Positions 50,381-63,032 of a stretch of 64,000 bases of DNA are shown one piece after another. Below the pieces are notes generated by a model. It was not told the origin of the DNA. It ran no database searches and saw only the letters and a program-made list of their open reading frames with translations. The DNA lies in NCBI GenBank assembly GCA_965215885.1, contig CBDCEW010000105.1, positions 32,001 through 96,000 of the forward strand, in the 5' to 3' direction. The position numbers and the translations under genes were made by a program. Source of the DNA: Candidatus Moanibacter sp. GTDB taxonomy: Bacteria > Verrucomicrobiota > Verrucomicrobiia > Opitutales > UBA2987. Position 1 is the first letter of the stretch. Every line of letters begins with the position of its first letter.

Positions 50381-51343
50381 ATGAAGCGCCTCGTAAAGGA
50401 AGCCGGCTTCGGAAATGTCCGGCTGGTCGATGATCAGGTTCCAGTGCCCGATCGAGGCGAATTCCTCGTCAAGCTGACACGCTCCCTGATCAGCTGGGGG
50501 TCCGAGCTCTTTCGGCGCTATGTTCGCGAGGAAGCGGTCGATCCCCGGATCATGGGATATTCGGCGGTTGGCCGTGTCGTCGAACTCGGTCGAGACACCA
50601 GCGGGATTGCGACCGGCCAACGAGTGGTGGTGACCGCACCACACGCGCAATATGAGCTGAGTACGCTTTCAGGAGACCGTCGGCGTGCTTTCCCAATCCC
50701 CGATTCCATTGCCGACGAGGAGGCGCCATTCCTACATCTGGCTTCGGAGTCGCTCATGTGGATGCGCAGCACTCCGGTTAAGGAGACCGACACTGTCGTT
50801 GTTTTAGGGCAGGGAATCGTCGGTGCACTCTGCGCCCAGACTGTCCGCGAGCGTAATCCGGCCCGGGTTATCACCATCGATCTGCTACCGCTCAGATGCG
50901 GCGTCTCAGCTAAGCTCGGCGTCGATTCCGTGGTCGACGGTTCGAAAGTCGATCCGGCTGAGACGATCCTGCAACTTACCGATGGCGAGGGCTCCGACGT
51001 CGTGATTGAATGTGTCGGAGGACCGGCGGGCGTAAAGTCATTCGAGAAGGCGCAAAAAATGTTGAAGCGAGGCGGTGTGATTCAATTGGTGGCCCGTTAT
51101 CAAGGCAGCCCGCTGCCTCTCGATACACAGGCAATGGCGAACGGTATGATCCTGATCGGCGATCGGCTAAACCACAGCTATCGTGATTGCAAGCGGGATG
51201 CGGCGGCCATGATAGTCGACGGCCGGTTAAAGGTTCGCGAAATCATCACCCATCGCCTGCCCTGGGAAAAAGTCGCCGACGCCTACCACTTCCTCTACAA
51301 ACACCCAGACCAGGCCCTCGGCGTGATCCTCGAGTGGGAGTAG
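50381..51343 (+). CDS. MDR-superfamily (zinc-binding dehydrogenase-like) oxidoreductase
   Basis: SLIS.GSE, GYSAVG, LGQGIVG, DVVIECVG, IITHR. Confidence 0.85.
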   Translation: MKRLVKEAGFGNVRLVDDQVPVPDRGEFLVKLTRSLISWGSELFRRYVREEAVDPRIMGYSAVGRVVELGRDTSGIATGQRVVVTAPHAQYELSTLSGDRRRAFPIPDSIADEEAPFLHLASESLMWMRSTPVKETDTVVVLGQGIVGALCAQTVRERNPARVITIDLLPLRCGVSAKLGVDSVVDGSKVDPAETILQLTDGEGSDVVIECVGGPAGVKSFEKAQKMLKRGGVIQLVARYQGSPLPLDTQAMANGMILIGDRLNHSYRDCKRDAAAMIVDGRLKVREIITHRLPWEKVADAYHFLYKHPDQALGVILEWE

Positions 51344-51384
51344 CTCGGCGGAATTCGACAATGCTCAAGTCTGCATTCGACCAT

Positions 51385-54300
51385 CGACATCAGATTACGA
51401 TTGAGAGTCACGACGGAAGAGCGGAAACCCAATCAATCTTCCGTCGTGCTTCATAATCGTTATCTAAAATCGAAAGAAGAAAGATCGACAGGAGATCACG
51501 ATTAGGAATCACGATAGCAGAACGACAACCAACTTAATCTCCCGTCGTGGATCATAATCGTTATCTAAAATCGAAAGAAGAAAGATCGACAGGAGATCAC
51601 GATTAGGAATCACGATAGCAGAACGACAACCAACTTAATCTTCCGTCGTGTATCATAATCGTAATCTAAAATCGAAAGAAGAGAAGATCGACAGGAGATC
51701 ACGATTAGGAATCACGATAGCAGAACGACAACCAACTTAATCTTCCGTCGTGCATCATAATCGTAATCTCAAGTCGAAGAAGCAGAAGATCGACGGAAGA
51801 TCACGATTGAGAGCCACGATGGCGGAAACAAAATCAATCTTCCGTCGTGCACCATAATCGTTATCTAGACCCCATTCGAAAAGCCTTTCGAGCGGGCGGT
51901 TTAAGGTTCTCCGCCACGGGCGGACCAGCCTATGGCTGGCAGGTTTCGGGTTTTAGGCTGCCGGCGCTGCCGATGAGCAGGTATTGAGCGGCCATCGGCG
52001 TGGCTTGCTGCACAATACGTATATTTGCCGCTGTCTGGAGGCATACTCATCCCGTGGTGCTTTTTTCTCTGAGCTTCAAAGCGGTCAGATTCAGGCTGCC
52101 TGTTCGTATTGGAGTTCCTCCCCTCGGCGTTTCTTCATCAGTATGATGCGGCAGAAGTTGTAGGCCAGAACCTTCTCGAGCAGTTCATCGCCTACCGCAT
52201 CGATGCCGCGGCGGCCGAGTTCGCCAAAGGCAAATCCATCTTTAATCGTGAACATCAGCGACTCCACTGCGGAGCGATCGCGGCGTGCCTCGCGATACGC
52301 CTCGCTCTCCCAGTCCTCGGGGGTGGTCAACTTCTTGCCCTTCGCCCCACTGATACTGATCTGCTTTACCCCCATGCTCAGCACCTCCTTGCGTCCCTTC
52401 GCCGAAGCATATCCGTCATCGGTGCTGACCAGTTCAGCAATGACACCGGTGCGCTTGATCGAATCGCCGATGGCCGGCGCCAGCTCAATGGAGTCTGCCG
52501 CGTTGCCTTGCGGTACGATCAGGCTGGTGACAAAACCGTTTTCGCTGCGAACCAGTTGTGGCTTGTACCCGATCACTGGATTGCGGCTGCCCATTCTTGA
52601 TGTAGGCCGCCGATCCGTCCGAGAGGCACTCAGGACCTTCTGTGTGGACGGTAGCTTCTTTTCGTGAAACACCCGATCATGAGCATACTCAACAACCCGC
52701 TTGGCGTCGGCAATATCGCCCCTGATCTGGCTCAATGCCCGCTCCAGAAGCTCCCGGCGAGTGGGAGGCAGTGAATCCATCGACAGGCCGTCTTCAAGAT
52801 GGCTCAGTTCCCCCGTTAGTGAGTCGGCCGCCTTGCGGCCCCGCTTGAGCAACCGCCGGTAGTGTTTCTTCGAGCTTGCCCTTCGACTTCGGGTTTGCCC
52901 GCGGCCAGACAAATCTGAAACTCACAGCTTGTCCATTTCCTCCAGCCAACGCCCAACCCTGGATCCCTTGCGAAAATCCTCCAGCCCGAAGACATGCAAC
53001 TTCTGACCCAAACGATTGGCCCGCATCAAAAGACCGCTCAGAATCTTCCCATCGGTGGGCCAGCAGCTGTTTGCTTTCACCGAGGTGCTGTCGATCGTCA
53101 GCTTCCCGAAATCGTCCCATTGCTCCTGGAGGATAAACCCAATCTGTTTATCAAAGATCAACTCGCGGGTCGTATAGCTGACCAGGTTCACGTTCTCCAG
53201 AATCGTCGTCACCGCCGGCATTCTCAGTCCCCCGCTCTGCAAAAATCCGTACAAGCTCATCGACTCGCGCACAAACCGCCGTGCCGGTTTCCGTGGTCAA
53301 CGAACCCAGAAACCCTCGAATCATCACGAACCCGTATACCGCATAAGCCGGCATCCGCGGCCGGCCTGCCCTAAGATTCAATTCAGCAGCCAGAATATTC
53401 TCCTCCTCGATGTCCAGCTCCGGCAGCTCCGCTGTGCGCCCTTCAAAGAACCTGCGATCTTCCAATCGAAGTTTCTTCTTCTCACGCGCATGGGCGTCCA
53501 GATCCTTCTCGATCGCCTCGATGATTTGCGCCGCGAACCCGGCCAATTCTTCAACTTCATCCAGAAAATCACGGAAATCCGTGTCTGGAACCGGCAGAAT
53601 GAGGTTGCTAAGGGATCAACGTCTTATCGCTTTTGTTCTCCTCTGTCGCACATGTTGGCATGTTTAACTCCTTTCTTAATCTTAAGTTGTTAAACACTAG
53701 CATGTTGCGACACTTTTTATCAAGCCAAAAAATGATTTTCTCAAGTTTTTCTTGCGCCTTTTGCGCCTCTTTGCGGCCAATCAGTAGCTTTTCGGATAAG
53801 GTCTATCTAAAATCGAAAGAAGAAAGATCGACAGAAGATCACGATTAGGACTCCCGATGGAAGAACGACAACCAACTTAATCTCCCGTCGTGGATCATAA
53901 TCGTTATCTAAATTCGAAAGAAGAGAAGATCGACAAGAGATCACGATTAGAAATCACGATAGCAGAACGACAATCAACTTAATCTTCCGTCGTGTATCAT
54001 AATCGTAATCTAAAATCGAAGAAGAGAAGATCGACAGGAGATCACGATTAGGCATCACGATAGCAGAACGACAACCAACTTAATTTTCCGTCGTGCATCA
54101 TAATCGTTATCTAAATTCGAAAGAAGAGAAGATCGACAGGAGATCACGATTAGGCATCACGATAGCAGAACGACAACCAACTTAATTTCCGTCGTGCACC
54201 ATAATCGTTATCTAAAATCGGAAGAAGAAAGATCGACAGAAGATCACGATTAGGAATCACGATGGAAGAACGACAACCAACTTAATCTCCCGTCGTGGAT

Positions 54301-54636
54301 CATAATCGTTATCTAAAATCGAAAGAAGAAAGATCGACAGGAGATCACGATTATGAATCACGATAGCAGAACGACAACCAACTTAATTTTCCGTCGTGCA
54401 TCATAATCGTAATCTCAAGTCGAAGAAGCAGAAGATCACGATTAGGAATCACGATAGCAGCACGACAACCAACTTAATCTCCCGTCGTGCTTCATAATCG
54501 TTATCTAAAATCGAAAGAAGAAAGATCGACAGGAGATCACGATTATAAATCACGATAGCAGAACGACAACCAACTTAATTTTCCGTCGTGCATCATAATC
54601 GTAATCTAAAATCGAAGAAGAGAAGATCGACAGGAT
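51385..54636. repeat. Tandem array of ~13 palindromic ~101-bp units, interrupted by IS copy 4
   Basis: CATAATCG anchors at 51452, 51553, 51654, 51756, 51853, 53896, 53998, 54099, 54200, 54301, 54402, 54493, 54594. Confidence 0.95.
51868..53803 (-). mobile_element. IS copy 4 (1936 bp; transposase broken by many small indels)
   Basis: Same TIRs. DR TATCTA at 51862-51867 and 53804-53809. Confidence 0.93.
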
Positions 54637-54850
54637 ACCTGCAGCTGTTGTGGTTTCGGGCAGTTGCTCGATGACGCGATTGTTCAATTGCCGGCGGAAT
54701 AAGAATGCAGATGGGAATCAACCTACAATGTGCTCTGCCACCTTGTCATTGCGAGCCCAGCACTACCCGTCCTGAATCCCGGTATGCCGGGATCGAAGGA
54801 GCTGGGCGTGGCAATCCAGAGAAAGGCAGGAAGATCGGGCCATTGACCGC

Positions 54851-55315
54851 ATGCAGATGGAACTGGTGGCAGGGCGCGTTTCGGCGATCAACGAATGCTT
54901 CTACTGAACGAATTCCCACGCTACGACGCTCCGGGTGAGCGCGCAAACCAACGACACCGAAATCGACATTCAAGGGATCAACGGCGATGCTGAGGCCGCT
55001 GGACTAGGCGTAACGCATGGCACGGAACTGATGAAGTTCGCCGAGAGTATTGCAACTGGGAATGGAAAGCATCTTTCATCTGCTCGCCGCGCCTTGTTCG
55101 AAGCTGCCGGTGAGAGAGTCCTGGTCGACGCTGCAGCCGTCGCGGCCAATTTCCAGCGGATGGTCCGCATCGCGGATGCCATGGGAATCCCGGTCGACGA
55201 CATGGCGCGAGAGGGGAGTGCACAGATTCGCGAAGAGCTCAACCTCAACCGATTTGCCAGCGCCCAGAATTCCCTGATACGGTTAGGCCGCAGGCAAATG
55301 GATACATCTGAGTAG
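54851..55315 (+). CDS. AhpD-like (alkylhydroperoxidase-related) selenoprotein, CxxU motif; possibly 5'-truncated
   Basis: MQMELVAGRVSAINECFY-TGA(54905)-TNSHATTLRVSAQ... is in frame with ORF 54935-55315. SECIS-like hairpin at 54924-54943. Confidence 0.8.
54924..54943 (+). promoter_or_regulatory. Candidate bacterial SECIS element
   Basis: CG-A-CGCTC-(CGGGT)-GAGCG-CG. The G-rich apical loop begins 24 nt after the UGA. Confidence 0.6.
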
Positions 55316-56025
55316 AAATGAAACCGCGGATTGCGCGGATGAACACGGATTTAGAGGTAAATTTTCCACGGATTCGGCAAGTTCGCCGCTCGTTTTTCAG
55401 TCACTGAATTACCCCTCCGTAATACCACACCTTCAGCTCTCGTTTCTTAGCAAGTTTCTACGTTGAAGAGGCTGATATTGAATGAATCGCGCTCGACTCG
55501 TTTCAGCATAGAAAAGGCTATGGTATCACCTTGCTCATTCCAACCACGGGTGGCACTGATGACACGGATATTTAACCGACAGGAATGGGGAGGGAAGAAG
55601 AGAAATTGCTCACTCGGACACGCGAGTTTAGACACCGCCTGGACAGGAATGCACAAGAGCGGGCTCTTGTGCATTCCTGTCCGGGTGGTGGAGCCGCCCT
55701 CACGCGGCGAGCAATTTCTCCTCTCCCCTCACCGTCGGCAACGAGCTATTACGATTCATTCTACAAAGCGCTCGACAAAGATCCCCACATCCGTGCCCAT
55801 CCGTGCCATCCGTGGTCAATCTTCCTCCTCACGCTGTATTGGTTGCGGGTCTTCATTCGCACCATCCGCGCAATCCGCGGTCAATTCCCGCCGTTTTCCT
55901 TGTTTGAAGATCGATAAACCATGAGTAAAGATCGGGGCTTTAGCCCCGCATGGCCCATTCAGGCCGCCGATTCGCCGAACTTTATCATCGGTAGAAACGA
56001 AGCAATCGGGGATTGATCGAACCCG

Positions 56026-57514
56026 ATGGCCGGCGCTTAAACGCAAAAACATCCTCCTCATCCTGACCGACCAGCAGCGGTGGGATTCCCTCGGATGTTA
56101 CGGCACGCCCGGCGTGCACACGCCCAACCTGGCTCGGCTCGCCGCCCAAGGCACGCTCTACGAACGGTGTTACGTCAACGGAACGATCTGCACCCCCAGC
56201 CGCGCCAGCATGTGGACGGGCAAGCATATTCCCGGCCACGGTGTGCGCGCGCTCCACGACTGCCTGCCTGAGGACGAGATCCTTTTTCCCAAACGCTTGC
56301 AGGACGCCGGCTACGACACCGCCCTCTTTGGAAAACTGCATGTTTCGGGCATCTACGCGGAATCCGACGGTCGGCGTCACCCCAACGACGGGTTCGACGT
56401 CTATGAGTGGGCATGCGATCCCTTCGGGCCCTGGGGCTTGGATAATGCATACCTGGACTGGCTTGCCGTTCGGGACCCCGAACTGCGGGAGGGTATACGC
56501 GAGAAACTACAGAAAGTGGGAAACATTCCCGTATCGGCACACATGACGACGTGGGCAGCCGAGCGCTCCATCGATTTCCTGAGCCGGCGTGGTGCCGGAA
56601 AAAATGAAAAGCCCTTTTTCTGCTGCATGAGCGTGTTCGACCCACACTCGCCCCTACGTTAACCACCCGAAGAAGATGGAGGATTTATTGGACATCCCGA
56701 ATCTTCCCGAAGTCATCGCCGCTGACCAGCCATTTGAGGGCCGTCCGATCGCACACGAGATGGAGCACCGCTGGGGACCCAGCCTCCCGGACCCCGACAC
56801 CCTGGCCAAATGGCGGATCGGATACCGCGCGGGGATCGCGAACATCGACGCCCAGGTCGGTCGCGTGCTCGATGCGTTGGAATCCCGAGGATTGGCCGAT
56901 AGCACTGTAGTCATCTTTACCAGCGACCACGGCGACATGATGGGCGACCATGGCCTGATGACGAAGGGCGCCTACTTCTACGATGCCTGCACCCGCGTGC
57001 CCATGATCATTCGCGATCCAGAGGCCAAACCTGCAATCGAATCATCAGCTCCGGTTCAATGGCACGACATCGCGGCTACCTGCCTGCAAATCGCGGGACA
57101 GTCACGGGAAAAGACACGCGCATGGTCGCCCGATGGATTGAACATCCTCGAATCGAATATACGCGGCTGAAACAGCGCAATCACGCCGTCTGCTTATATC
57201 GGAACAGTGGGGTCTGTTCGAAGCCGGAAGAGGGCTACCGCGGTTATTTCGATCCCCCCATCCACGGCACGATGTGGTTCGAGGATGATTACAAGGTCAA
57301 TGTTTACCACTCACCGCCGCCCGACGATGAGCATCCGCAGGGAGAGATCTATAATCTCGCTAAGGATTCCAACGAGATGGACAATCTCTGGGATTCGGAT
57401 GCGACGCGGAATCTTAGAGATCAGACAATACTAAAAGCAATGGACTGGCTCACACGCGAAACCGTGGCAGGCCGGGCAAGAGGGGAAGATGCAAGTGGCG
57501 ACAGGTTTAACTAG
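56026..57514 (+). pseudogene. Sulfatase with ~3 frameshifts (~56030, ~56652, ~57150)
   Basis: NILLILTDQQRWD, CTPSR, GKLH, DPHSP, SDHGDM across three frames. Confidence 0.85.
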
Positions 57515-57694
57515 CCTGCTTTTCATAGCCGGCTCTGCCGTACGGCAGGTACCCGTATTGCGTTTCCGAGGCGGAGCCTGTTAAGAAAAGCGGGCTAGAG
57601 ATGCTGCTCGAGAAATTTCGCTACCGTTACATAGAAGCGAATGCGTGACTTTTCGTCCGGGAGGCCATGCACGCCCGGATATTGCTTTCTAACG

Positions 57695-57885
57695 CTCCTA
57701 TCGCGCCATTCGGACCAGCCGCCACACGTTCGTTCCGACGAGTGGGGCTGAGGTACACTTCGTTGACGATGTCGAATACCCTTATTAGTTGAGGAATTTG
57801 TCCAATACCGCTGAAGCGGCACTTGGAAAAGATCGGCGATCATTTCCGGGAAAAAGAGTACTACCTGGAGAAGTGGGGCCATGGG
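57695..57885 (+). pseudogene. Decayed C-terminal fragment paralogous to sulfatase 47281-48645
   Basis: SYRAIRTSRHTFV..DDVEYPY*LRNL...IGDHFREKEYYLEKW versus AYRAVRTDRHTFV..DDVEDPYQLRNL...IGDPFREKEYYLEKW. Confidence 0.7.
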
Positions 57886-58064
57886 ACTCCACCTTACCGA
57901 AGGCTCTCCCAATTCGTCTTCGTTCTCGAAACAGGCAACACCAGAGTCCCAAGACGAGGTGGACGCTCGAACAAACTGAATAGAAGGGTGGCCAAAAGCC
58001 ATTGCCATGTCCGTCGCAATTGCTCTTCATCACATCTCGTGTATATCAAGCCTTGGGGATAAAA

Positions 58065-59438
58065 ATGAAACCAAACGTTCTCTGGATCTACGGTGAAGAC
58101 CTGTATCCCGACCTGGGCTGCTACGGAACCCCGGTCGTCGAGACGCCGGTGCTCGATCAGTTCGCTTCAGAGGGGACATTGTTTACGAACGCCTTCGTGA
58201 CCTGTCCGGTCTGTTCACCCAGCCGATCCGCCATCATCACCGGGCGATATCAGACGAGCTTTGGCGCGCACAACCACCGCAGCAAACGTGAAACGCCTCT
58301 ACCTGAAGATATCCGCCTGATCACGGACTATTTCCGCGATGCGGGCTACTTCACCTGCAACAGCAGCGGCCCGCCGAACGATCGACCCGGAAAGATCGAC
58401 TTCAATTTTCTCCGCGAAGCTCCCTTCGATGGCGTGCTCTGGTCCGAGCGTGCCGGCGATCAACCGTTCTATGCGCAGTTCAACATCATCGATACCCACC
58501 GCGATTTTTCGCCGGATCCCGAGAACCCTATTGATCCCGCCACCGTCGAATTGCCTCCCTACTACCCGGATCATCCCCTCATCCGCAAGGACTGGGCGAT
58601 GTGGCTCGAGAGTATTCAGGTTTTCGACCGGAAAGTGGGGGAGATCCTGAAGCGACTCGAAGATGATGGTCTGAGCGAGAATACGATCGTTTTCATCATC
58701 AGCGATCATGGACGCGCTCATATACGCGACAAGCAGTTCCTCTATGATGGAGGGACCCGCGTTCCGTGCGTCGTCAGGTGGCCGGGACACATCGAAGCGG
58801 GTTCCGTCAGCGATTCCATGGTCAGCGGGATCGACTTTGCCCCGACGTCACTCTCTCTTTCGGGTCTGGATGTTCCTGACGTAATGGAGGGCAACGTTTT
58901 CCTTGGCCCCGATGCGAGTGAGCGCGATCACATCGTCTCAGCTCGAGATCGCTGCGACGGGACTGTCGATCGCATCCGCTCTGTTCGGACGAAGACGCAC
59001 AAATACATTCGGAACTACCATCCGGACCGGCCCTACATGCAGTTCAACGGATACAAGAAGCAACAGTATCCACTCTGGACGCTGGCCCCGATGCTCCAAG
59101 CCGAAGGCAAGCTCACGCCTGCTCAGGAGAAATTCCTGGCGCCCTGTCGCCCCTATGAGGAGCTCTACGACCTTGAAGCCGATCAAGACGAACTGACAAA
59201 CCTGGCATCGTCAACTGACCATAGCTCCGAGTTGGATGACCTGCGTACAAAGTTGGACGACTGGATAGAAACGTATGGCGACCTTGGCTCGATCCCGGAA
59301 GACCCAGCCGTGATCGCAGAGGAAGCAGACAAAATGCACAAAAATCACGTCATCCGAATGGCGGCAAAGAATCTCCCTCCGGACGTCACGGACGAGGCAT
59401 TTATCGCGTGGTGGGGCTTATTTATCTTCACACGCTGA
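58065..59438 (+). CDS. Sulfatase (N-sulfoglucosamine sulfohydrolase-like)
   Basis: GEDL, CSPSRS, SDHG, ARDRCD, RPYEELYDL. Confidence 0.92.
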   Translation: MKPNVLWIYGEDLYPDLGCYGTPVVETPVLDQFASEGTLFTNAFVTCPVCSPSRSAIITGRYQTSFGAHNHRSKRETPLPEDIRLITDYFRDAGYFTCNSSGPPNDRPGKIDFNFLREAPFDGVLWSERAGDQPFYAQFNIIDTHRDFSPDPENPIDPATVELPPYYPDHPLIRKDWAMWLESIQVFDRKVGEILKRLEDDGLSENTIVFIISDHGRAHIRDKQFLYDGGTRVPCVVRWPGHIEAGSVSDSMVSGIDFAPTSLSLSGLDVPDVMEGNVFLGPDASERDHIVSARDRCDGTVDRIRSVRTKTHKYIRNYHPDRPYMQFNGYKKQQYPLWTLAPMLQAEGKLTPAQEKFLAPCRPYEELYDLEADQDELTNLASSTDHSSELDDLRTKLDDWIETYGDLGSIPEDPAVIAEEADKMHKNHVIRMAAKNLPPDVTDEAFIAWWGLFIFTR

Positions 59439-59658
59439 CACTAACGGATACTACTGTTAGGTCTGATCGATTTTGATCGACCTATAGCGAGCCTGCCGGC
59501 GATTCCCATCGTTTGAGAAACGGTGTGCGCTTGTTGCCGCAATCCGCGCGCGCCGGCGCGCGGATCGACTACTTCCGCATTTAGAGTCAACCACCACCCG
59601 AGTAACCATGTATGCAAGATGATCGATCTATGAATGGAATTCATTTCCTATCTCGCTC

Positions 59659-59722
59659 GCAGAACGATGAAGCTCAGCCGCCGGACGCGTCAAAGGACGG
59701 ACGGCTGCAGCGGGTGTTAGGT
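59659..59722 (-). other. Integron attC site (64 bp)
   Basis: Minus strand ACCTAAC-acccg-CTGCAGCCG...CGGCTGAG-cttcatc-GTTCTGC. Confidence 0.85.
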
Positions 59723-59777
59723 CGCCACACGGGCACTATATTTTCTTCGAGATTGCAATGTAGCATAGCCTACTGTT

Positions 59778-61619
<1,842 letters not shown>

Positions 61620-61654
61620 ATTGTCTTTCCTCAAATTGTTTGGTGATTGAGGCG

Positions 61655-61783
61655 AGCTAACGCACCAGATCTGTGGCGCAACCAAAGATCGGCGATGCTG
61701 TTCAGATAGCCATGCGGTTCAAATCGCCGAAAACCAGAAATCGGTACACGCGTGGTTGCGTCCACTGAATTAGATTGTTAGAC
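61655..61783 (-). other. Integron attC site (129 bp)
   Basis: Minus strand GTCTAAC-aatcta-ATTCAGTGGACGCAACCA...TGGTTGCGCCACAGAT-ctggtgc-GTTAGCT. Confidence 0.85.
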
Positions 61784-62335
61784 ATCAGTTCGTTGAGACC
61801 ATCTTGTTTGACTAAAGATAAAATGTTGATCAGCATGCGCAACGACATCAGGCGTTGCACGGTATCCGCGTAACCATAGCCCGTCCTCGAGTCGTCTCAG
61901 ATAAAAACCGTTCGGAAAGCCTTCCTCTTTCGATATCTTCTTCGACGCTATTATAATCGCACCTGACCCCGGTATGTTTGCCTTGTCGGAATGACACCCT
62001 TGGGGCTGATCAAAATACTGCAATCTCAAGTGAGGCCCGAGTTCAAGCGGGCACAGCTCGAGACCCAGTTCGATCGCTCTTTCGAAGTTCTGAGCCGCAG
62101 TGGCTCCCTCTGAGAAACCGAGGTCGCGAATTGTCAGTTCAACGGTCTTCAGCTTGTAGGAAGTCTTAGAGGTCGTAAAACGATCATCAGCGAAGAGCCT
62201 TTCTGCAGACACATTCATCGAGATCGCGTTTCTCTGTGATTCTTGCATCAGCTCCGATTTTGTAAGACCGCCCACATCGACCGTTCTCACGATGGTAGGA
62301 CAATCGGGGTAGATATTCTCAGTTTCGAGATGCAT
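61778..62335 (-). CDS. Hypothetical protein (185 aa), first cassette of the array
   Basis: Preceded by GTTAGGC and AGGAG; its stop lies inside the attC inverse core. Confidence 0.8.
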   Translation of the reverse strand: MHLETENIYPDCPTIVRTVDVGGLTKSELMQESQRNAISMNVSAERLFADDRFTTSKTSYKLKTVELTIRDLGFSEGATAAQNFERAIELGLELCPLELGPHLRLQYFDQPQGCHSDKANIPGSGAIIIASKKISKEEGFPNGFYLRRLEDGLWLRGYRATPDVVAHADQHFIFSQTRWSQRTDV

Positions 62336-62380
62336 TGGGGAGAGTTTCTCCTGATGCCTAACAAGTCAATATCGAGATCT

Positions 62381-62458
62381 GTACTATCCCGCTGGAGGAT
62401 CATGTCGTCAAGGTTAGATACCGCAGTTACGACGAATCCCTAACAGCTGTTCCTTACA
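62381..62458 (-). promoter_or_regulatory. 78-bp cassette leader, copy B (TTGACG-17-GATAGT)
   Basis: Repeat of 43870-43947; 18 bp upstream of the GTTAGGC core. Confidence 0.65.
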
Positions 62459-62631
62459 ATTGGAATAATAGGAAGTTTCTGTCGTTTCCATGGAAGAGTT
62501 GCCTCCTGGACCCACACCCATAAAATCTTCAGGATCACCTTGAAGAGTCGAGTTCCAACCAGCACACTACCATTGTCAAAAGGGCTGTTGCCCAAAATCC
62601 CTGCCTACGATTAAGCATTCCTCGAAACACG

Positions 62632-62841
62632 ATGAAAAACTGTAGCGGCAAAAACAATCCGATCGCCCATTATACAGGACTCGGCGTTGCTTTCGGTGCC
62701 GGAATCGGCGCGGCTATCGGGGCAGCAATTGATGATGTCGGGACAGGGGTGGCGATGGAAGTGGCGCTGGGCCCGGCCTTCGGCGCCGGTATCGGGACGA
62801 GAATAGAGAAGAAACAGGAAGAGGATGATAAGGACGAGTAG
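62632..62841 (+). CDS. Small glycine-zipper membrane protein
   Basis: GLGVAFGAGIGAAIG...GPAFGAGIG. Confidence 0.6.
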   Translation: MKNCSGKNNPIAHYTGLGVAFGAGIGAAIGAAIDDVGTGVAMEVALGPAFGAGIGTRIEKKQEEDDKDE

Positions 62842-62844
62842 ATC

Positions 62845-63032
62845 TTCGACTTTAGATAACGGCCTGCCATGAGCTTGCCGAATGGATTATGGTTCACGAC
62901 GAAAGAAGTCGATCAAGTTGCCTTCTCTCCCCCTCTCCGCATCCCCGCGTCTCCGTTTCTCTTCATTCCCCTCTCCCATCGTGAGTCTCAATCGTGATCT
63001 CCCGTCGATCTTCCTCCCTTCTACTTTAGATC
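62845..63032 (-). repeat. Dispersed, degenerate copies of the ~101-bp array unit
   Basis: Reverse complements of CGTTATCTAAAGTCGAA, CGTCGTG..CCATAATC and GAAGATCGACGGGAGATCACGATTGAGACTCACGATG. Confidence 0.7.

Noticed and set aside
51385..54636. CRISPR array
   Set aside because: Whole ~101-bp units repeat; no unique spacers and no cas genes in the window.
57168..57170. TGA in the sulfatase as selenocysteine
   Set aside because: The downstream coding sequence is in a different frame, so it is a frameshift rather than read-through.
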